From contig CM000153.2 of assembly GCA_000004695.1 (NCBI GenBank), forward strand, positions 3,712,001 to 3,776,000: a DNA stretch of 64,000 nucleotides. Direction: 5' to 3'. This stretch comes from Dictyostelium discoideum. Its lineage: Eukaryota. Made by a program: the position numbers and the translations under genes. Under the pieces are notes generated by a model. The model worked only from the letters and a program-made list of their open reading frames with translations, made no database searches and was not told the DNA's origin. How positions within the stretch are numbered: position 1 is the stretch's first letter; each line of letters begins with the position of its first letter. Shown piece by piece: positions 41,001 to 57,107 of this stretch.

Positions 41001-43437
41001 CAATGAATTCATTTCACAATTCTCTGATCAAATTCCAGTATTGGAAATGTCAACAAGTTTAGGAAGCCTTTGTCAATCTATTAATTTAATCTCAATTGAG
41101 TCTGGTAATTGTGTTGAAGCGCTATCAGAAGAGGAGGAAGAGATTTGTTCATTACTTTCACGTAATAATTCAAAGGATAATCGTTTACTTCAAGCCAATA
41201 CATTGGATTTCATTTGTGAACGTTTATCATCAAAACTTTATTTGGACAGTTTCAGTTTCGATTTAACTAGTCAACAAAAAGAACTCGTCGAAACTAAATA
41301 TCTCGGAGCATTTGAAAATCTTTTAATCCTTTTGAAAAAGACCACTGAATATAGCGAGAAAACATCAAATATCAAACTTAATGGTAGTGCCAATAGTATT
41401 AGTATTGCAAGTGGTAAGGATAAATTCATAAAGAAACTTTTATCCTCAATTAATCTTTGTATGGATCGTTATGGTCAATTACTTAGTGTCAAAGGTTTCA
41501 TTAGTACAATCACTCAATTACTTAATCATAGTGATAGTAATGTACGTCGTCGTTCATTGGTTATCTTTAATGAGAAGATTACATTGGTCAAGGATGATCT
41601 CACTCAAGACCAAGTCAATCAATTCCTCTCACTCATTGATTCGTTCACTCGTATCATCGATAGTCAAAATGAAACTGAAACCAATAAACAAACATCACTC
41701 TTGTCATTTGAAATTTTAGCACGTAATTTCTCGACTACCAATGCCACCGCTTTCCTCTCACAAATTCCAATCATCATTAAGTCCATGGGTCATAGCAGTC
41801 ATCAAGTGGTTTCCTCATCTTTGATTTGTATCGCTACACTTTGTTGTGAACTCCAAGCAAAGACCATACCATACATTCCACAGTTCTTCCCTGTCTTATT
41901 GAATACCCTCACTGGTAGCTATAAAACCAACGTTGAAGAAGAGAATGAAACTCGTACTCTCTTACAAATTAGTTGTATCAGTTCATTGGAGATGATGTTG
42001 AATACAATTTCAAAATTCCTTTCACCTTATTTACCACAATTGTTAAATGCATTACTTCATCCACGTCTCACAAGTAATAGTATGTTATCTGGTAAATTGT
42101 TTGCTCAAGTTAAACGTTTATTAAATATCTTAACAAAGAATGTAGAATTCCGTCTCTTATTACCTGCAATGTTTTCTGCTTACGAATTTGCCGTTCAATC
42201 TGAAAATGATTTATCTTTGATTTGCTTATTCGATTTCGTTGGTGATATCTCTGCAAATTTAGGTCCAAAAGATATTGCACTCCATCATAAGAGTATCTTT
42301 AAATTCTATTTACAATGCTTTGAATTCCGTAAGAAATATAAAAATCGTGTAAAGAATGCTGATAAAGTTGAAGATCATATCATTAGTTCTTTCATGACAT
42401 TAGTTATGAAATTAAATGAAAACCTTTTCAAACCATTATTTATTAAAGTTTTAGATTGGGCATTAAATATTCAAAATGGTCAACAAAATGGTAAACATAC
42501 TGATGATGATGATGAAGAAAATGGAAGTGATGATGAAGAAAGTGATGAAGATAAACCAAAGAAAAAGAAATTGGTGAATGGTAAATCAAAATCAACGAAA
42601 ACTCAACCAGAGATTTCAAAAGATAATTTATTATTCTTTTATAAAATTGTAAATTCTTTAGCATCAAACTTAAAAACTATTTTTGTACCATACTTTGGAT
42701 ACTTTTTTGATGATTCAATTCGTCAACTTCAAAATATATATAGTAATATTCCATTTTCACAACAACCACAACAACAACCACAACAACCAACTGTAAATGA
42801 TAACACCACCATCACACTTTTAAACAATAATAATAATAATAATAATAATAATATAAATAATAAGAGAAAGAAGAATCAAAATATAACGAATACAACAACC
42901 ACTAACAATAATAGTAATAATAATTTAAATAATAGTAATAATAATAATATTGATCAAGATGAATCAATTTTATGTTTTGTAATTTCAGCATTAGAGAAAT
43001 GTTTTATGTATGATACTGATGGATTTTTAGATAAACAAAAGTTTGAACAAATTTTACCAGCACTTGTTAATCAATTAGATAATCAAATGGGTACAGTTGA
43101 AAGTTATAAATTAAGAGTTTCACGTTACATCGCCCCAACCATCACTCAATTGGCTGTTGTTATCAATCAAGATCTCTTATGGAAACATTTGAATCATACA
43201 GTTTTAATGAAAACAAGATCACCTTATTCAATCGTTCGTTACTCTTCAATGGTTGTAGTTCAATCACTTCACAAGAAGATGGGTGAACAACTCTTAATCC
43301 TTTTACCAGAAACAATTCCTTTCATCTCTGAATTATTAGAAGATTCAGTTCCAGAAGTTGAACAAATAACTCAAGATGTCGTTAAAATTATTGAAACTCA
43401 TCTTGGTGCAGAAGAATCAATTTCTTCTTATTTATAA
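36302..43437 (+). CDS. HEAT repeat-containing protein 1 / UTP10 (U3 snoRNP, SSU processome) homologue, ~2237 aa, 4 exons
   Basis: The exons are 36302..36759, 36852..37131, 37381..37580 and 37662..43437. All donors are GTAAGT, and all acceptors are T-rich and end in AG. The N-terminus MTTSLDKQLLQVKEKI...FGAVEAANIDLDSVLAMGQEGLSELINIDSRF..SAHKSLEWLIRRYRINEFNIDSIISSIIPYHESNIF aligns with human HEATR1 residues 1-150. The C-terminal ..ELLEDSVPEVEQITQDVVKIIETHLGAEESISSYL matches the BP28-C-terminal domain region. Confidence 0.85.
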
Positions 43438-43841
43438 ATAAATAATAGTTTTAAAAAATAATAATAAAAAAAAAAAAAAGTAAAAAAAAAAATTAAATAA
43501 TTTAAAAAATAAAAAAAAAAATAAACATATAAAAAAAAGAAATAATAATCAAAAAAAAAAAAAAAATACAATTTTTAGTTTTCCACTTTTTTTTTTTTTT
43601 ATTTTTCAAGTTTTCCACCTTTTTTTATTTTTTTAAATACAGATAATAATTTTTTTATTTTTTTTATTTACAATTTATTTTTTTTATATGAAAGTTATAT
43701 TTAATGTTAATACTTTTTTTTTTTTTTTTCTTTTCTTTTTCTTATTTTTTTTTTTTTTTTTCCTCTATTTCTTTAATTAAAATTTGAAATTATTATTATT
43801 ATTATTTTAAAAAAAAAAATTATATTATTAAAAAAAGATTA

Positions 43842-44190
43842 TTATTTTTCTGGATATCTTTGTTTTAAAACTTCAACATGATCTCTAATTTGAATATTGA
43901 AAATATTCATTCTGTGTTCTTCGATATCGAGTCTAATTTTATGTAATTCATTTTGAATTTTTATAATCTCTGGGATTGGTTCATTCTCTGGTGGAATGAC
44001 TAAAGTTACCATTAGATCTGGAGTGGCAGCATGAGTTGGTGGTGGAGCACCCATGGATAAATTCTTTTTACCACCACTTTCGATGGTGATTTTAGCAATA
44101 CGAGATTGAGCAGCGATCTCTTCCTTTCTTAAATCTAAAATATATTTTACAAGGGTTTTAACTTCTTCAGTTCTTTCTTGGGAAATTAAA
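43842..44190 (-). CDS. Coiled-coil ORF, ~115 aa open. It is either a separate small gene or the 3' exon of the PH-domain gene
   Basis: The frame is open from ~44190: ..FPKKELKKFKTLVKYILDLRKEEIAAQSRIAKITIESGGKKNLSMGAPPPTHAATPDLMVTLVIPPENEPIPEIIKIQNELHKIRLDIEEHRMNIFNIQIRDHVEVLKQRYPEK*. The first ATG is at 44054. The long open stretch upstream of that Met suggests a spliced exon. I could not assign a confident acceptor. Confidence 0.35.
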
Positions 44191-44327
44191 TTTACATTGA
44201 ATACGACTATACAAAAAATAAATTAAAAAAAAAAAAAAAAAAAACAATTAAAAAGATTTTACATATTAATATCTATCAAATTTAAAATTTCCATAATCTA
44301 TAAAATAAATAAAAAAAAATTACTTAC

Positions 44328-44930
44328 AACCATCTTTTAAGAATAATTCAATATTATGTTTAAAATCTTCTTTAGACATATTACAATCTAAAATTTGATT
44401 TAATAAAGTTTGTTTTTCAACTGGAAGAGTAAAAGTGATTTGAGTTAATTTGAGGGCCACGCATTTACAAATTTCAAAGAATCTACGGAATGGTTTAGGT
44501 TCTTCACCTTTTATTAAAAATGTTCTACCAGCTCTATGTACAATTTGGAATGTCATATCGGTATCATCTAGAATGGTCTTAACTTTTGATGGATCACATT
44601 CTCTAAGATCAATGTAACCTTGGGGCTTCTCTGGACTGGTTAATAGAGTTTTAGTTTTATAATAGATAACAAAACCTTTATAAAGAACAAATAATCTTGA
44701 CAAGAATCCCTTTTTATTACCACCTGCTTTTTTCATAACAGTAGAATAAATAACCTTATCTTTAATAGATTTATAATTTAATGCTTGCTATTAAAATTAA
44801 AAAAATAAAAAAAAATAAATAAATAAAAAAATTAGTAACCAAATATTTTTACATTTTTTTATTTTTATTTATTATTTTTAAAAAAAAAGTAATAACTTAC
44901 TAATAATAATTCATCTCTTTCAAGTCTCAT
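44328..44930 (-). CDS. PH-domain protein, at least 2 exons. The 3' end is uncertain
   Basis: Exon 1 is 44930..44901 (MRLERDELLL|GTAAGT). Exon 2 is 44787..44328, after a TTTTAATAG acceptor: QALNYKSIKDKVIYSTVMKKAGGNKKGFLSRLFVLYKGFVIYYKTKT..GYIDLREC..., a typical PH fold. The frame either stops at 44320 (..LFLKDGCK*) or splices, in phase 1, into the downstream ORF. The latter needs a non-canonical donor. Confidence 0.55.
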
Positions 44931-45043
44931 TTTTTTTTTTTTTTTTTAGTTTTTAATAAATAAATAAATATTATATATTGTTTGAAATATATTATTTTTT
45001 TTTTTTATGTGAATATTTTAATTTAATTAAATGATTAAATAAT

Positions 45044-45081
<38 letters not shown>

Positions 45082-45179
45082 TGTTTTTTTATTGTATTTT
45101 CAAACAAATTTATTTCAACCAATGGTTATTGCAAAAATAATAAAATTAATATTGTTTGTTTTTTTTATTTTATTTTTTT

Positions 45180-45210
<31 letters not shown>

Positions 45211-47155
45211 AAAAAAATTGAAATAAGATCCCCCAGAGATAGATTTGAGTGAATAAAAAGAAAAAGGATTACAGTGCCACAATAAATATTTTTTTTTTTT
45301 TTTTTTTTTTTTTTTGTGTGGTAAAGTGTGGGTGTGGTGAGTGGGTACTTTTTTTTTTAATTTGTTGGTATTCTATTTAAATAAATATTATGTATAAATT
45401 TATTTATGAAAGATTTTATAATAAAAAGGAGAGTGGGTGAATTTAATTGTGCTTGGGAGTTTTTTTTTTTTTTTTTTTTTTTTTTATGTGTGCTTGATTT
45501 CCACTACTATTATTTTTATTATTTACTTCCACAATTAAATATTTTTTCTTTGTAGTTAGTGTTGAATTATAATGATGTTATATGATTTTTTGTTTGCGAG
45601 AAATAAAAGTAGTAAATTAATGTGTGAATGTATGTTTTCTAATATTAAAAAAAATAAAAAAATAATAAAAATAATAAAAAATAATAAAATAAATAATTTT
45701 AAATTTTTAAAAATAAAAATAAATAAATAAATAAATAATAAATAAAAATAAATAAATAAATAATATTGTTATTGTTATTATTGCCAATTAATAATTTATA
45801 ATTTCAAAAAAAAAAAAAAAACAATTGAAGTATTTAAATACATTTTGTTTGATGGTAAATTTCATTCCATAAAAAAAAAAAAAAAAGAAAATAAAATAAA
45901 AATAAAATAAAATTATAAAAAAAAAAAAAAAAAGAAAATAATAATAATAATAATAATGGTAATAATAATAATAATAATAATTATATTAATAACCACAACC
46001 TATTTTAGCCAGTTTATATTGTTTTAGTGTGGGTTATCATATGACAGTTTTATTTTGATTTTTTTTTTTTTTTTTTTTTTTTTAATCACACACTACACAC
46101 TCACACCACCCAAATATAAAAAAAAAAATAAAAAAAAAAGAAAAACAGCTTCAAGTTGTGGGGGTAATAAATCAAAATAACCCAAAACAACAATTCAAAT
46201 ATTTGAAACTATTTACTTGCCAAGTGGCAGGCTTTAATCAATAAAAAAAATAAAATTAAGTTTTTATTTTATTTGAATTTAGTTCTAAAAGAATTCTTGA
46301 GTGGGGTATTTTGATTATTTTAGTTTATTTTTAGGATGGTAATGTTGTTGTCGAGAAAATATATATAGAAGATCTCGATGTTGAAAAAAAAAAAAAAACT
46401 ACATACACATATATTTTGATGATTGATTAGAGTGCTGTTTTTTTTGTTGTTGTTTTTTTTTGTTGTTGTTGTTAGGTAGCGATTAAGATTATGATGATGA
46501 TGATTATTATTTTTATTAATCAATTTTTAAAATAAAATTATAATGAAATATGGTGTGTGTGAAGGGGCGTGTGTATTATTTTAATAGGATGAATGTAAGT
46601 GGGTGTGAATTTTATGTGTGTGTTGTTTGAACTTAGTGTGTCATAATATCATTTTTTTTGTGGTTTGTTATTTTATAATTTTTTTTTTTTTTTTCCTCTG
46701 TTCTATTTTTAACAAAACATAAAAAAAAAAAAAAAAAAAAATCAATAAAATCACCACCCTTATTATTTTAAATCAAAAATTTAAGTATATAAATATAGAA
46801 ATTAAATATATAATAAATAAATTAAAAATAACAACACCAACTATACAAACCATACATTTTATTATTATTATTATTGTTTTTAAAATTTAATTATAAAATT
46901 AACCAAATTAATAAATCAATCGATAATCAATAAATATATAGCGCTTTTGAAATAAGATTAAAAGATAATAAAATTTAAAGGAAAAAAAAAGAATTTCATC
47001 CTTATTTCAAGTAATTTTAGTGTTTAATTTATTTTTATTTTTGATTGATTAATATCACATTTAAAATCCTTTTTTTTTTTTATTTTTATTTTTAAATTTT
47101 TTAATACTTTTCCACTTTTTTTTTTCTTTTTTTTTTTATCTTGAATCTTAATTTA

Positions 47156-47220
<65 letters not shown>

Positions 47221-47607
47221 TTCGAGTACCACTTCTTTTCTGATTATACTCATTTCACAAAACAAAAAAAAATAAAAAAATAAAAACATAAAACATTTTC
47301 AAAGTTTAGAGTTTTTTTTTTTTTTTTTTTTATTACTGGGTATGTATTATTAATTTTATTTTTAGTAACTATTACCAACAATATAACAACAAACCAAAAC
47401 TATAATGAAAAAATATTAAAATGAATATAATCCAATTAATAAATCAATCAATAAAACCAACAAATTAAAAAAAAAAGAAAAAATTAAAGGAAATAACCAC
47501 CCTCTTACATAGTGTTGATAAAAAAAATGCACTGGAAATAAAAATAATAATGATAATGATAACAATAAAACTAGGTCGAGATTATACACAAGATTTAATT
47601 AATAAAT

Positions 47608-47635
47608 GTGGGAGGGGAGGGGTAGGGGGAGGGGG
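47608..47635 (+). repeat. G-rich island (GGGAGGGGAGGGGTAGGGGGAGGGGG), a potential G-quadruplex, within a 3.5-kb AT-rich gene-free interval
   Basis: Five or more G3+ runs sit within 28 nt. This contrasts strongly with the surrounding ~85% AT context. Confidence 0.6.
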
Positions 47636-48092
47636 TTTAAATGGGATTTTTCTTTCCTATGAGGGAGTGGTGTAAAAAACAGTTTTTTTTCTTTTAAAAT
47701 GTGTGAGTAGTATGGTTTTTTTTTTTTTTTTTTATTTTTTTTTTTTTTTTTCTAAAACTATGAATACTAACCAAAACAACACAAACCACACAATTATGCA
47801 TTTTAAAAATCATTTGATTTTCTATGTGAAATCTATATTGATTTATATTCTATATATAGTATGTTTTTTTTTTTTTCTTTTTTTTTTTTTTAAAAAAAAT
47901 ATAAAGAGAAACTGATTGATAATTCAGATAATAGAAATAAATAAAATTTTTTTCTTTTTTTATTTTCATACACAGATTATATGATGAATAATTCAAATTC
48001 ACCAATGACTATTTTTGTAAATATTATAATAATAATAATATATTTGGGTAACATTACACAATTAAAAGGATGGGTGAATTTTAATATTAGAT

Positions 48093-48130
<38 letters not shown>

Positions 48131-48197
48131 CATTACTTTTAATAACTTTAAAAATAAATAAAAAATATCTTTTTGAAAGTATTTTTAAATTTTTTCA

Positions 48198-48231
<34 letters not shown>

Positions 48232-48459
48232 CGACTAAATTAAAAAATAATTGAAAAAATTATCAAAATTTAATTTATTAGCGAAAAAAAAAAAAATGAA
48301 AAAATTAAAAATTAATATTTTTTTTTTTTCCCACCTTGCCAAAATAACAATTTATATTTATTTGTTATATATAGTTATTTAAATAAACGAAAAAAATAAA
48401 AAAATAGTTTAATAAATAAAAATAAACAAAACAAATAAAAAAATAAATAAATAAAAAAA

Positions 48460-48631
48460 ATGAAAACAGTTACATTAGCAACATGTAACTTAAATCAATG
48501 GGCAATGGATTTCAAAGGAAATCTTGAAAGAATAATAGAATCGATTAATATTGCAAAATCTAAAGGGTAAAATAAAATTTTTTTTATTAAAAATTTAACC
48601 TATAAAGTTTATTTTTTATTATTTACCTATT

Positions 48632-48698
<67 letters not shown>

Positions 48699-50734
48699 GA
48701 GCAAAATATAGATTAGGACCAGAATTAGAAATTTGTGGATATGGTTGTGAAGATCATTTTTTAGAACAAGATACAATGTTACATTGTTGGCAAAGTTTAG
48801 CAGTAATATTAAAGGATCCAGAGTTAACAAAGGATATTTTAGTTGATGTTGGTATGCCAGTATTACATAAGGATGTTAGATATAATTGTAGAGTCATATT
48901 ATTGAATCAAAAGATTTATTTAATACAACCAAAGAAAGCCATGGCAATGGATGGTAATTATAGGGAAGGTCGTTGGTTTACACCATGGATTAAACCAAGA
49001 GTTGTGGAAACTTTTTATCTTCCAAGGATCATTAGTCAAATCACTGGTCAGGATGAATGCCAAATCGGTGATGCAATCATTTCAACACTTGACACAGCCA
49101 TTTCGTCAGAGACATGTGAGGAGTTATTTACACCAAATTCACCACATATTCAAATGGGTTTAGATGGTGTTGAAATCTTTACCAATGGATCAGGTTCACA
49201 TCATCAACTTAGAAAATTAGATACACGTGTTGATTTAATTCGTTCAGCCACCTCGAAATCGGGTGGTATCTACCTATACTCGAATCAACAGGGTTGCGAT
49301 GGTAGTAGATTGTATTATGATGGTTCATGTATGATCATGATCAATGGTGATTGTGTAAGCCAAGGTAGTCAATTCTCTTTGGTAGATATCGAAGTTATAA
49401 CTGCAACTGTAGATTTAGAGGATGTTAGATCGGTTCGTGCTAGTTTTATGGCACGTTGCGCTCAAGCTAATCTCACTAAAGAATTCCCACGTGTACGTTG
49501 TCCAATTCAATTGACTCATATAGATTATTGTCATCCACCTGATAGAGTGATTCACATCAATTACAATACACCAGCCGAGGAGATTGGTTTTGGTCCAGCA
49601 TGCTGGCTTTGGGATTATCTTAGACGTTCAGGTTTATCAGGTTACTTTTTACCCTTATCAGGTGGTGCTGATAGTGCTGCCACTGCCGCTATCATTGGTA
49701 TCATGTGTCAATTGGTTATATTGGATGTTAGTAAAGGTAATAAACAAGTATTAAAAGATGCGCAACGTATCACAAATTCACCAGAGGACTATATACCAAC
49801 TGATTCAAGGGAATTTGCATCACGTTTATTCTTTACAGCTTATTTAGGTAGTAAAAATAGTTCAAAAGAAACTAGAGATCGTGCAATGGAAATTGCAAAA
49901 GATATTGGATCAGTTCATAAAGAAGTGGATATCGATGATATCTCTCAATCATTCAATGATGCATTCTCACAGATCACTAAAAAACAACCACAATTTCGTG
50001 CTCATGGTGGTACACCACGTGAAAATCTTGCATTACAAAATGTTCAAGCTCGTACTCGTATGGTTCTATCCTACCATTTGGCATCACTATTACTTTGGGA
50101 ACAAGGTCGTCCAGGTTCTCTATTGGTTTTGGGTTCTGCAAATTGTGACGAATCATTACGTGGTTATATGACAAAATATGATTGTTCATCCGCTGATATC
50201 AATCCAATTGGTGGTATGTCAAAAATTGATTTACGTTCATTCATTGAGTGGGCTGGTAAATTCAGAGATATGAAATCAATTCTCTCTGTACTCACAGCAA
50301 CACCAACCGCTGAATTAGAACCAATCACTGAAAACTATACACAATCCGATGAAATTGATATGGGTATGACCTATGAAGAATTATCAATATTTGGTAAATT
50401 AAGAAAAGTCAATCGTTGTGGTCCAGTTTCAATGTTTGAACGTTTGGTTGCAGATTGGGCACATTTAGAACCATCAGTTGTGGCTGAAAAAGTTAAACGT
50501 TTCTTTTATTATTATGCAATCAATCGTCATAAATTAACAACTTTAACACCATCCTATCATGCTGAAGGTTATTCTCCTGATGATAATCGTTATGATCATC
50601 GTCAATTCCTTTACAATTCAAAATGGGATGTTCAATTTGAAACTATTGATAAAATTGTATTAAGATTATCTCAAAGACCACAATTAAAAAATACTGTAAA
50701 CTGTCCAAATCAAGCATCATTAACTCAACAATAA
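48460..50734 (+). CDS. Glutamine-dependent NAD+ synthetase (NADSYN1/Qns1), ~713 aa, 2 exons
   Basis: The exons are 48460..48566 and 48700..50734, with a GTAAAA...TAATAG intron in phase 2. [36 protein letters not shown]|[20 protein letters not shown].. is collinear with human NADSYN1 ([57 protein letters not shown]). The PP-loop [40 protein letters not shown] and the C-terminal ...[32 protein letters not shown] are all conserved. Confidence 0.9.
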
Positions 50735-50794
50735 AATAAACAAAATAAATAATAATAAAAAAATTAATTTACTTTTTTTTTTATATACTGGTGG

Positions 50795-50830
<36 letters not shown>

Positions 50831-50916
50831 ATTTTATTTTTGAAGTTCGTGTGGATATAAGAAATAAAAAAAAAATATTGTAAGAGAAAGAAGAATATCG
50901 ATTATTTATTTATTTA

Positions 50917-50965
<49 letters not shown>

Positions 50966-50998
50966 CTACAAGTTCTTTTTTTGATTTAATAAATTCTT

Positions 50999-52826
<1,828 letters not shown>

Positions 52827-53386
52827 TTTTAAAATTTTCTATTTTTATTTTTCTGTTTTTATTTTTATTTTTATTTTATTTTTTTTTTTTTTTAATGAAA
52901 AGTCGATTTAACCGTATAATGGTTTTTTGATTGTTTTTTTTTTTTTCTTTTTTTTTTTTTAATTAAAATATTATTATTTATTCAAAAAAAAAAATATAAA
53001 CACATAAAATGGTTTGGAACTGTGTGTATTTGGTGTGTTTGCGGGTGAAGTGTGGCGAATGCTTGAAGAATATATAATTAACTAAAATTAAAAAAAAAAA
53101 AAAAATTACTTAAAAAATAAATATGGTTTTCTAAATTAATTTTTTTTTATCTTTTTTTTGTTTTCTTTTTCTTTTTCTTTTTCTTTTTTTCTTTTCTTTT
53201 AATATTATATTTCTTTTAAATGTTGGAATTAACAATTGATGATGATTATTAATTATAGTAATTGTACACTTTAATTTATTGTCTAAATAATAATTTTTGT
53301 ACGGAGGTTATAGTACGCACCAAAACCGTGGGTGTGATTTGTTGCTGTTGTGGTTTTTATTTTTTGTGCAATTTACTATTGTAGTT

Positions 53387-53434
<48 letters not shown>

Positions 53435-53847
53435 TATTTCCTTATTAAAAAAAAAATAAAAAAAAAAAGAAAAAGATTTAAAAAAAAAAAAAAAAATATA
53501 TAAATTAAAATTATTAAAAATAAAAAACATCAATTATAAGACTATTAATAATAATGATAAAAAATAATAAAAATAATAATAATTATAATGTTTATGTTGT
53601 TGATAAAATTCATTTTCTCAAAACATCTAAATTTTTGATAAAAGAAAAGACAACAATTAATTAATTTTTTTTTTTATTTTTTTTTTTTTTTCAAATCAAA
53701 AAAAAAAAATACATAATATTATTATTGTTATAGTAGTAGCAGTAGTAGTGTAGAAGTTTATCATGGGTATTAATATTATTAATATTATTATTTGTATTTA
53801 AGCATGTTTAAAATATATATCTGTTTCACATTAATATATTTTATTTT

Positions 53848-53880
<33 letters not shown>

Positions 53881-54300
53881 TTGTTTTCATTTTATTTATT
53901 TTATTTTATCTCTATTTTTAATTTTTTTTTTTTTTTTTTTTTTATTTTATTTTATTTTTAATTTTTTTTTTTTTTTTTTTTTTCCTTGCCGATAAGTAAT
54001 TAAAAGAACATTTAATGTATATATATATATATATATATGAATATATAAGTATATGTTATGATTATATGTGGACATACAAAGTAAAAAAAAATAGTGATTT
54101 TAAAAACCACACCACTCAATCATTTTTTTTTTTTTAATATGAATGTATGTATATACAAAAAAAAAAAAACTCATATTAAATTATGACAGAGGTAGAATGG
54201 TTTTTAAAAATAGAAAAAGATTTTATAAGTCTTTGGTATAACAATTTAATCTTTTAAAGGTTGAAGATAATATTTTTTAAAAAATTATTTTTTGGAATTT

Positions 54301-54335
<35 letters not shown>

Positions 54336-54538
54336 TATATAAATAAGGAGTGGTGTGTTTGTGTGTGTGTGTTTGTGTGTGTGTGTTAAATTTTTAAGTG
54401 TTAGAGTATGAGTGGTTTTATGTTTTTTTTTTTTTTTAATAAATTTTACAATTTTAAATCAAGACATACCTCTTATTGTTTACTACACTTTTTTAATTTT
54501 GTTTTTGCTTATTTTTGATTTTTTATTTTTAATTTTTT

Positions 54539-54572
<34 letters not shown>

Positions 54573-54886
54573 TATTAACTTCTATTACTATGATGTGTGT
54601 GTGATATATCATTTATTTTGTGGATTTATAAATATTGTGTGTGTTAAAAAATCAAAAAAAATAAAATAAAAATAAAAAAAAAAATAAATATGTAAAGTAT
54701 TTATTATGAATATAATTATTATTGATTTATAAACTTTTCATCAAAAAAAAATAAAAGATTAAAAAAAAAGGAAATTGAAAAATAGGGGGGAATTTTATAA
54801 TATTAAATCGTTTTTATAAATAAAAAAAATAAATAAAGAATTTAAAAATAATAAATTAAAAATAAATAATTAAATTAAATAATTGT

Positions 54887-54918
<32 letters not shown>

Positions 54919-55149
54919 TTAGGTTATTATAAAAAAAAAATAAAAAATATACATATGTATACAATATAATTCTATATACCTCTTAAGAAAATAAAAAAAA
55001 AATCAAACTATTATTAGTATTGATTGATTAATTATTTATTAATTTTGATAAAAAAAAAAAAAAAAAATAAAATAAAATAAAACAAAATAATTTAATTTTT
55101 TAGTAACGGGAAGTAACTTAATTTATTTATCTTTTTTTTTAATTTCCAT

Positions 55150-55270
55150 TATTTTATTCTATTTTTATTTTTATTTTTATTTTTATTTTTGTTTTTATTT
55201 TTATTTTTATTTTTATTTTTATTTTTATTTTTATTTTTATTTTTTTTTATTTCATTTTTATTTTTATTTT
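55150..55270. repeat. (TTTTTA)n hexamer tandem repeat, ~20 units, intergenic
   Basis: atttttatttttattttt... with an occasional G substitution. Confidence 0.9.
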
Positions 55271-55529
55271 TTGTAAAAACACATTGTTTAACTCGTGTGA
55301 ATTTCTTTATTTAGGAATGAAAGTATTATAATTAATGAAATCTGAAAAATATTTAAGAAAAAAAAAAAAAAAAAAAAGAAAATAAAAAATAAATAAAATA
55401 AAAAAAAAAATGAATTTTTGAAAAACCGACGAGCATTTTAGCTCGTTTTTTTTTTTTTCTTTTTTTTTTTTTTTTCAATCATTTCCCCAAACTTTCTTTT
55501 TATAAATTACCTTTTTTAAATGATATAAT

Positions 55530-55963
55530 ATGTCATCAAATAAATCTTCATCCAAAAAAAGAAAAAATGAGATAAATTCAAATGCCACTCACAATATTTT
55601 ATCTGTTACCACTAATAACAATAATAGTGAAAAGCAAACTAAAAAATTAAAATCTACTCTTTCAGAATCAACCACAACGAAAACTATCACCTCACCACAA
55701 CAACAACAACAACAACAACAACCACAACAAACCCAAAATAATAAAATAAATATTAAAGAAATCTATAATATATTTAATAATACAAATAATGCAAATAATA
55801 CAAATAATTCAAATAATAACAATACAGTTAGCGCAGACACATGGGATGGCACAACTCCAATTGAAAATTTAACAATTGGACAATTAATATCCTCACTAAA
55901 TGGTAATTATATCTTAAAAATATATTATCCTTTTATATATATATATATTTCAGCTATACTAAT

Positions 55964-56005
<42 letters not shown>

Positions 56006-57075
56006 CCAAAATTTTATAGGCAGACAACATAATCTTAGAATTATTGTTGCAGAGTATATGAATTCATTGAATAGATTAATCGGATTTACAGAAAAAACAC
56101 CATATCTCCTAAATTGGGTTTTAGATAATTTATCAAAATCATTTATAAATTGGAAACAACCTGAGAAATCTGAGCAATTAATTCAAAAAGGTATTGAACC
56201 ATTATTCTTTGAGGAAAGATATTGGACATTATTAGAAAGTTTGGTTACAAAACAAATTTCATTACAACAACAACATCAGCAACAACAACAACAACAACAA
56301 CAAAATGATACAACAAATAATTCAACCTCAACATCTAATTCTTCAAATTCAATTAAATTGTCAAATGAATATTTACAATTTATATTTGAAATTATATTAA
56401 ATAGTATTAGAAATATTGATTTAAAATTAGATATTTTCAATTCAACAAATTTACAACAACAACAACAACAACCTATCATTATATCAAAAAAGAAAAAGAA
56501 TATTAATATTCCATATCAACTTACAACATCACCACCACCACCAATTAAATTATTAGAATTTTCAAAAAGAATATCTACATTATTAATTAAAATATTTTCA
56601 AGTGATGAATTAATGAAAGAGATACCATTATTATTAGAGAATTTAATTCCATTATCAATTAAATATTTAAGAAATTCAAAAGATTTATTATTAAAAAATG
56701 AATCAACAATAATCTCAATCATTGATTTATATCAAACTTTATTCCAATATTTATTAGTTCAAACTAAATTAGGTATAAATTATAAATCAATGTTTACAAC
56801 AACTTTATCAACACTATTACCACATATAATAACACTTTTAAATACTTTGGAAAATATATCATCAATAATTCCAACATCATCTCAATTGATTGAAACAATT
56901 GATCAATTTTTAAAATGGACATTATATCATCCAGAATCTCATTGGGATTCTTACTCTTTTATTTTATTCTCTGATTGGTTAAAAAAGATTGTAAAAGATA
57001 CAACATCAAAAGAAAAAAGTAAAGAAAATGAAAAATTAAAATCAAAAGAAAATGAAAAAGAAAAAGAAAAAGAAA

Positions 57076-57107
<32 letters not shown>

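Noticed and set aside
46320-46523. ORF 46320..46523 (-), 67 aa, and other short ORFs in 44940..48459
   Set aside because: They are homopolymer and His/Asn-codon-rich translations of AT and GTT repeats. They have no start context, no splice structure and no similarity to anything.
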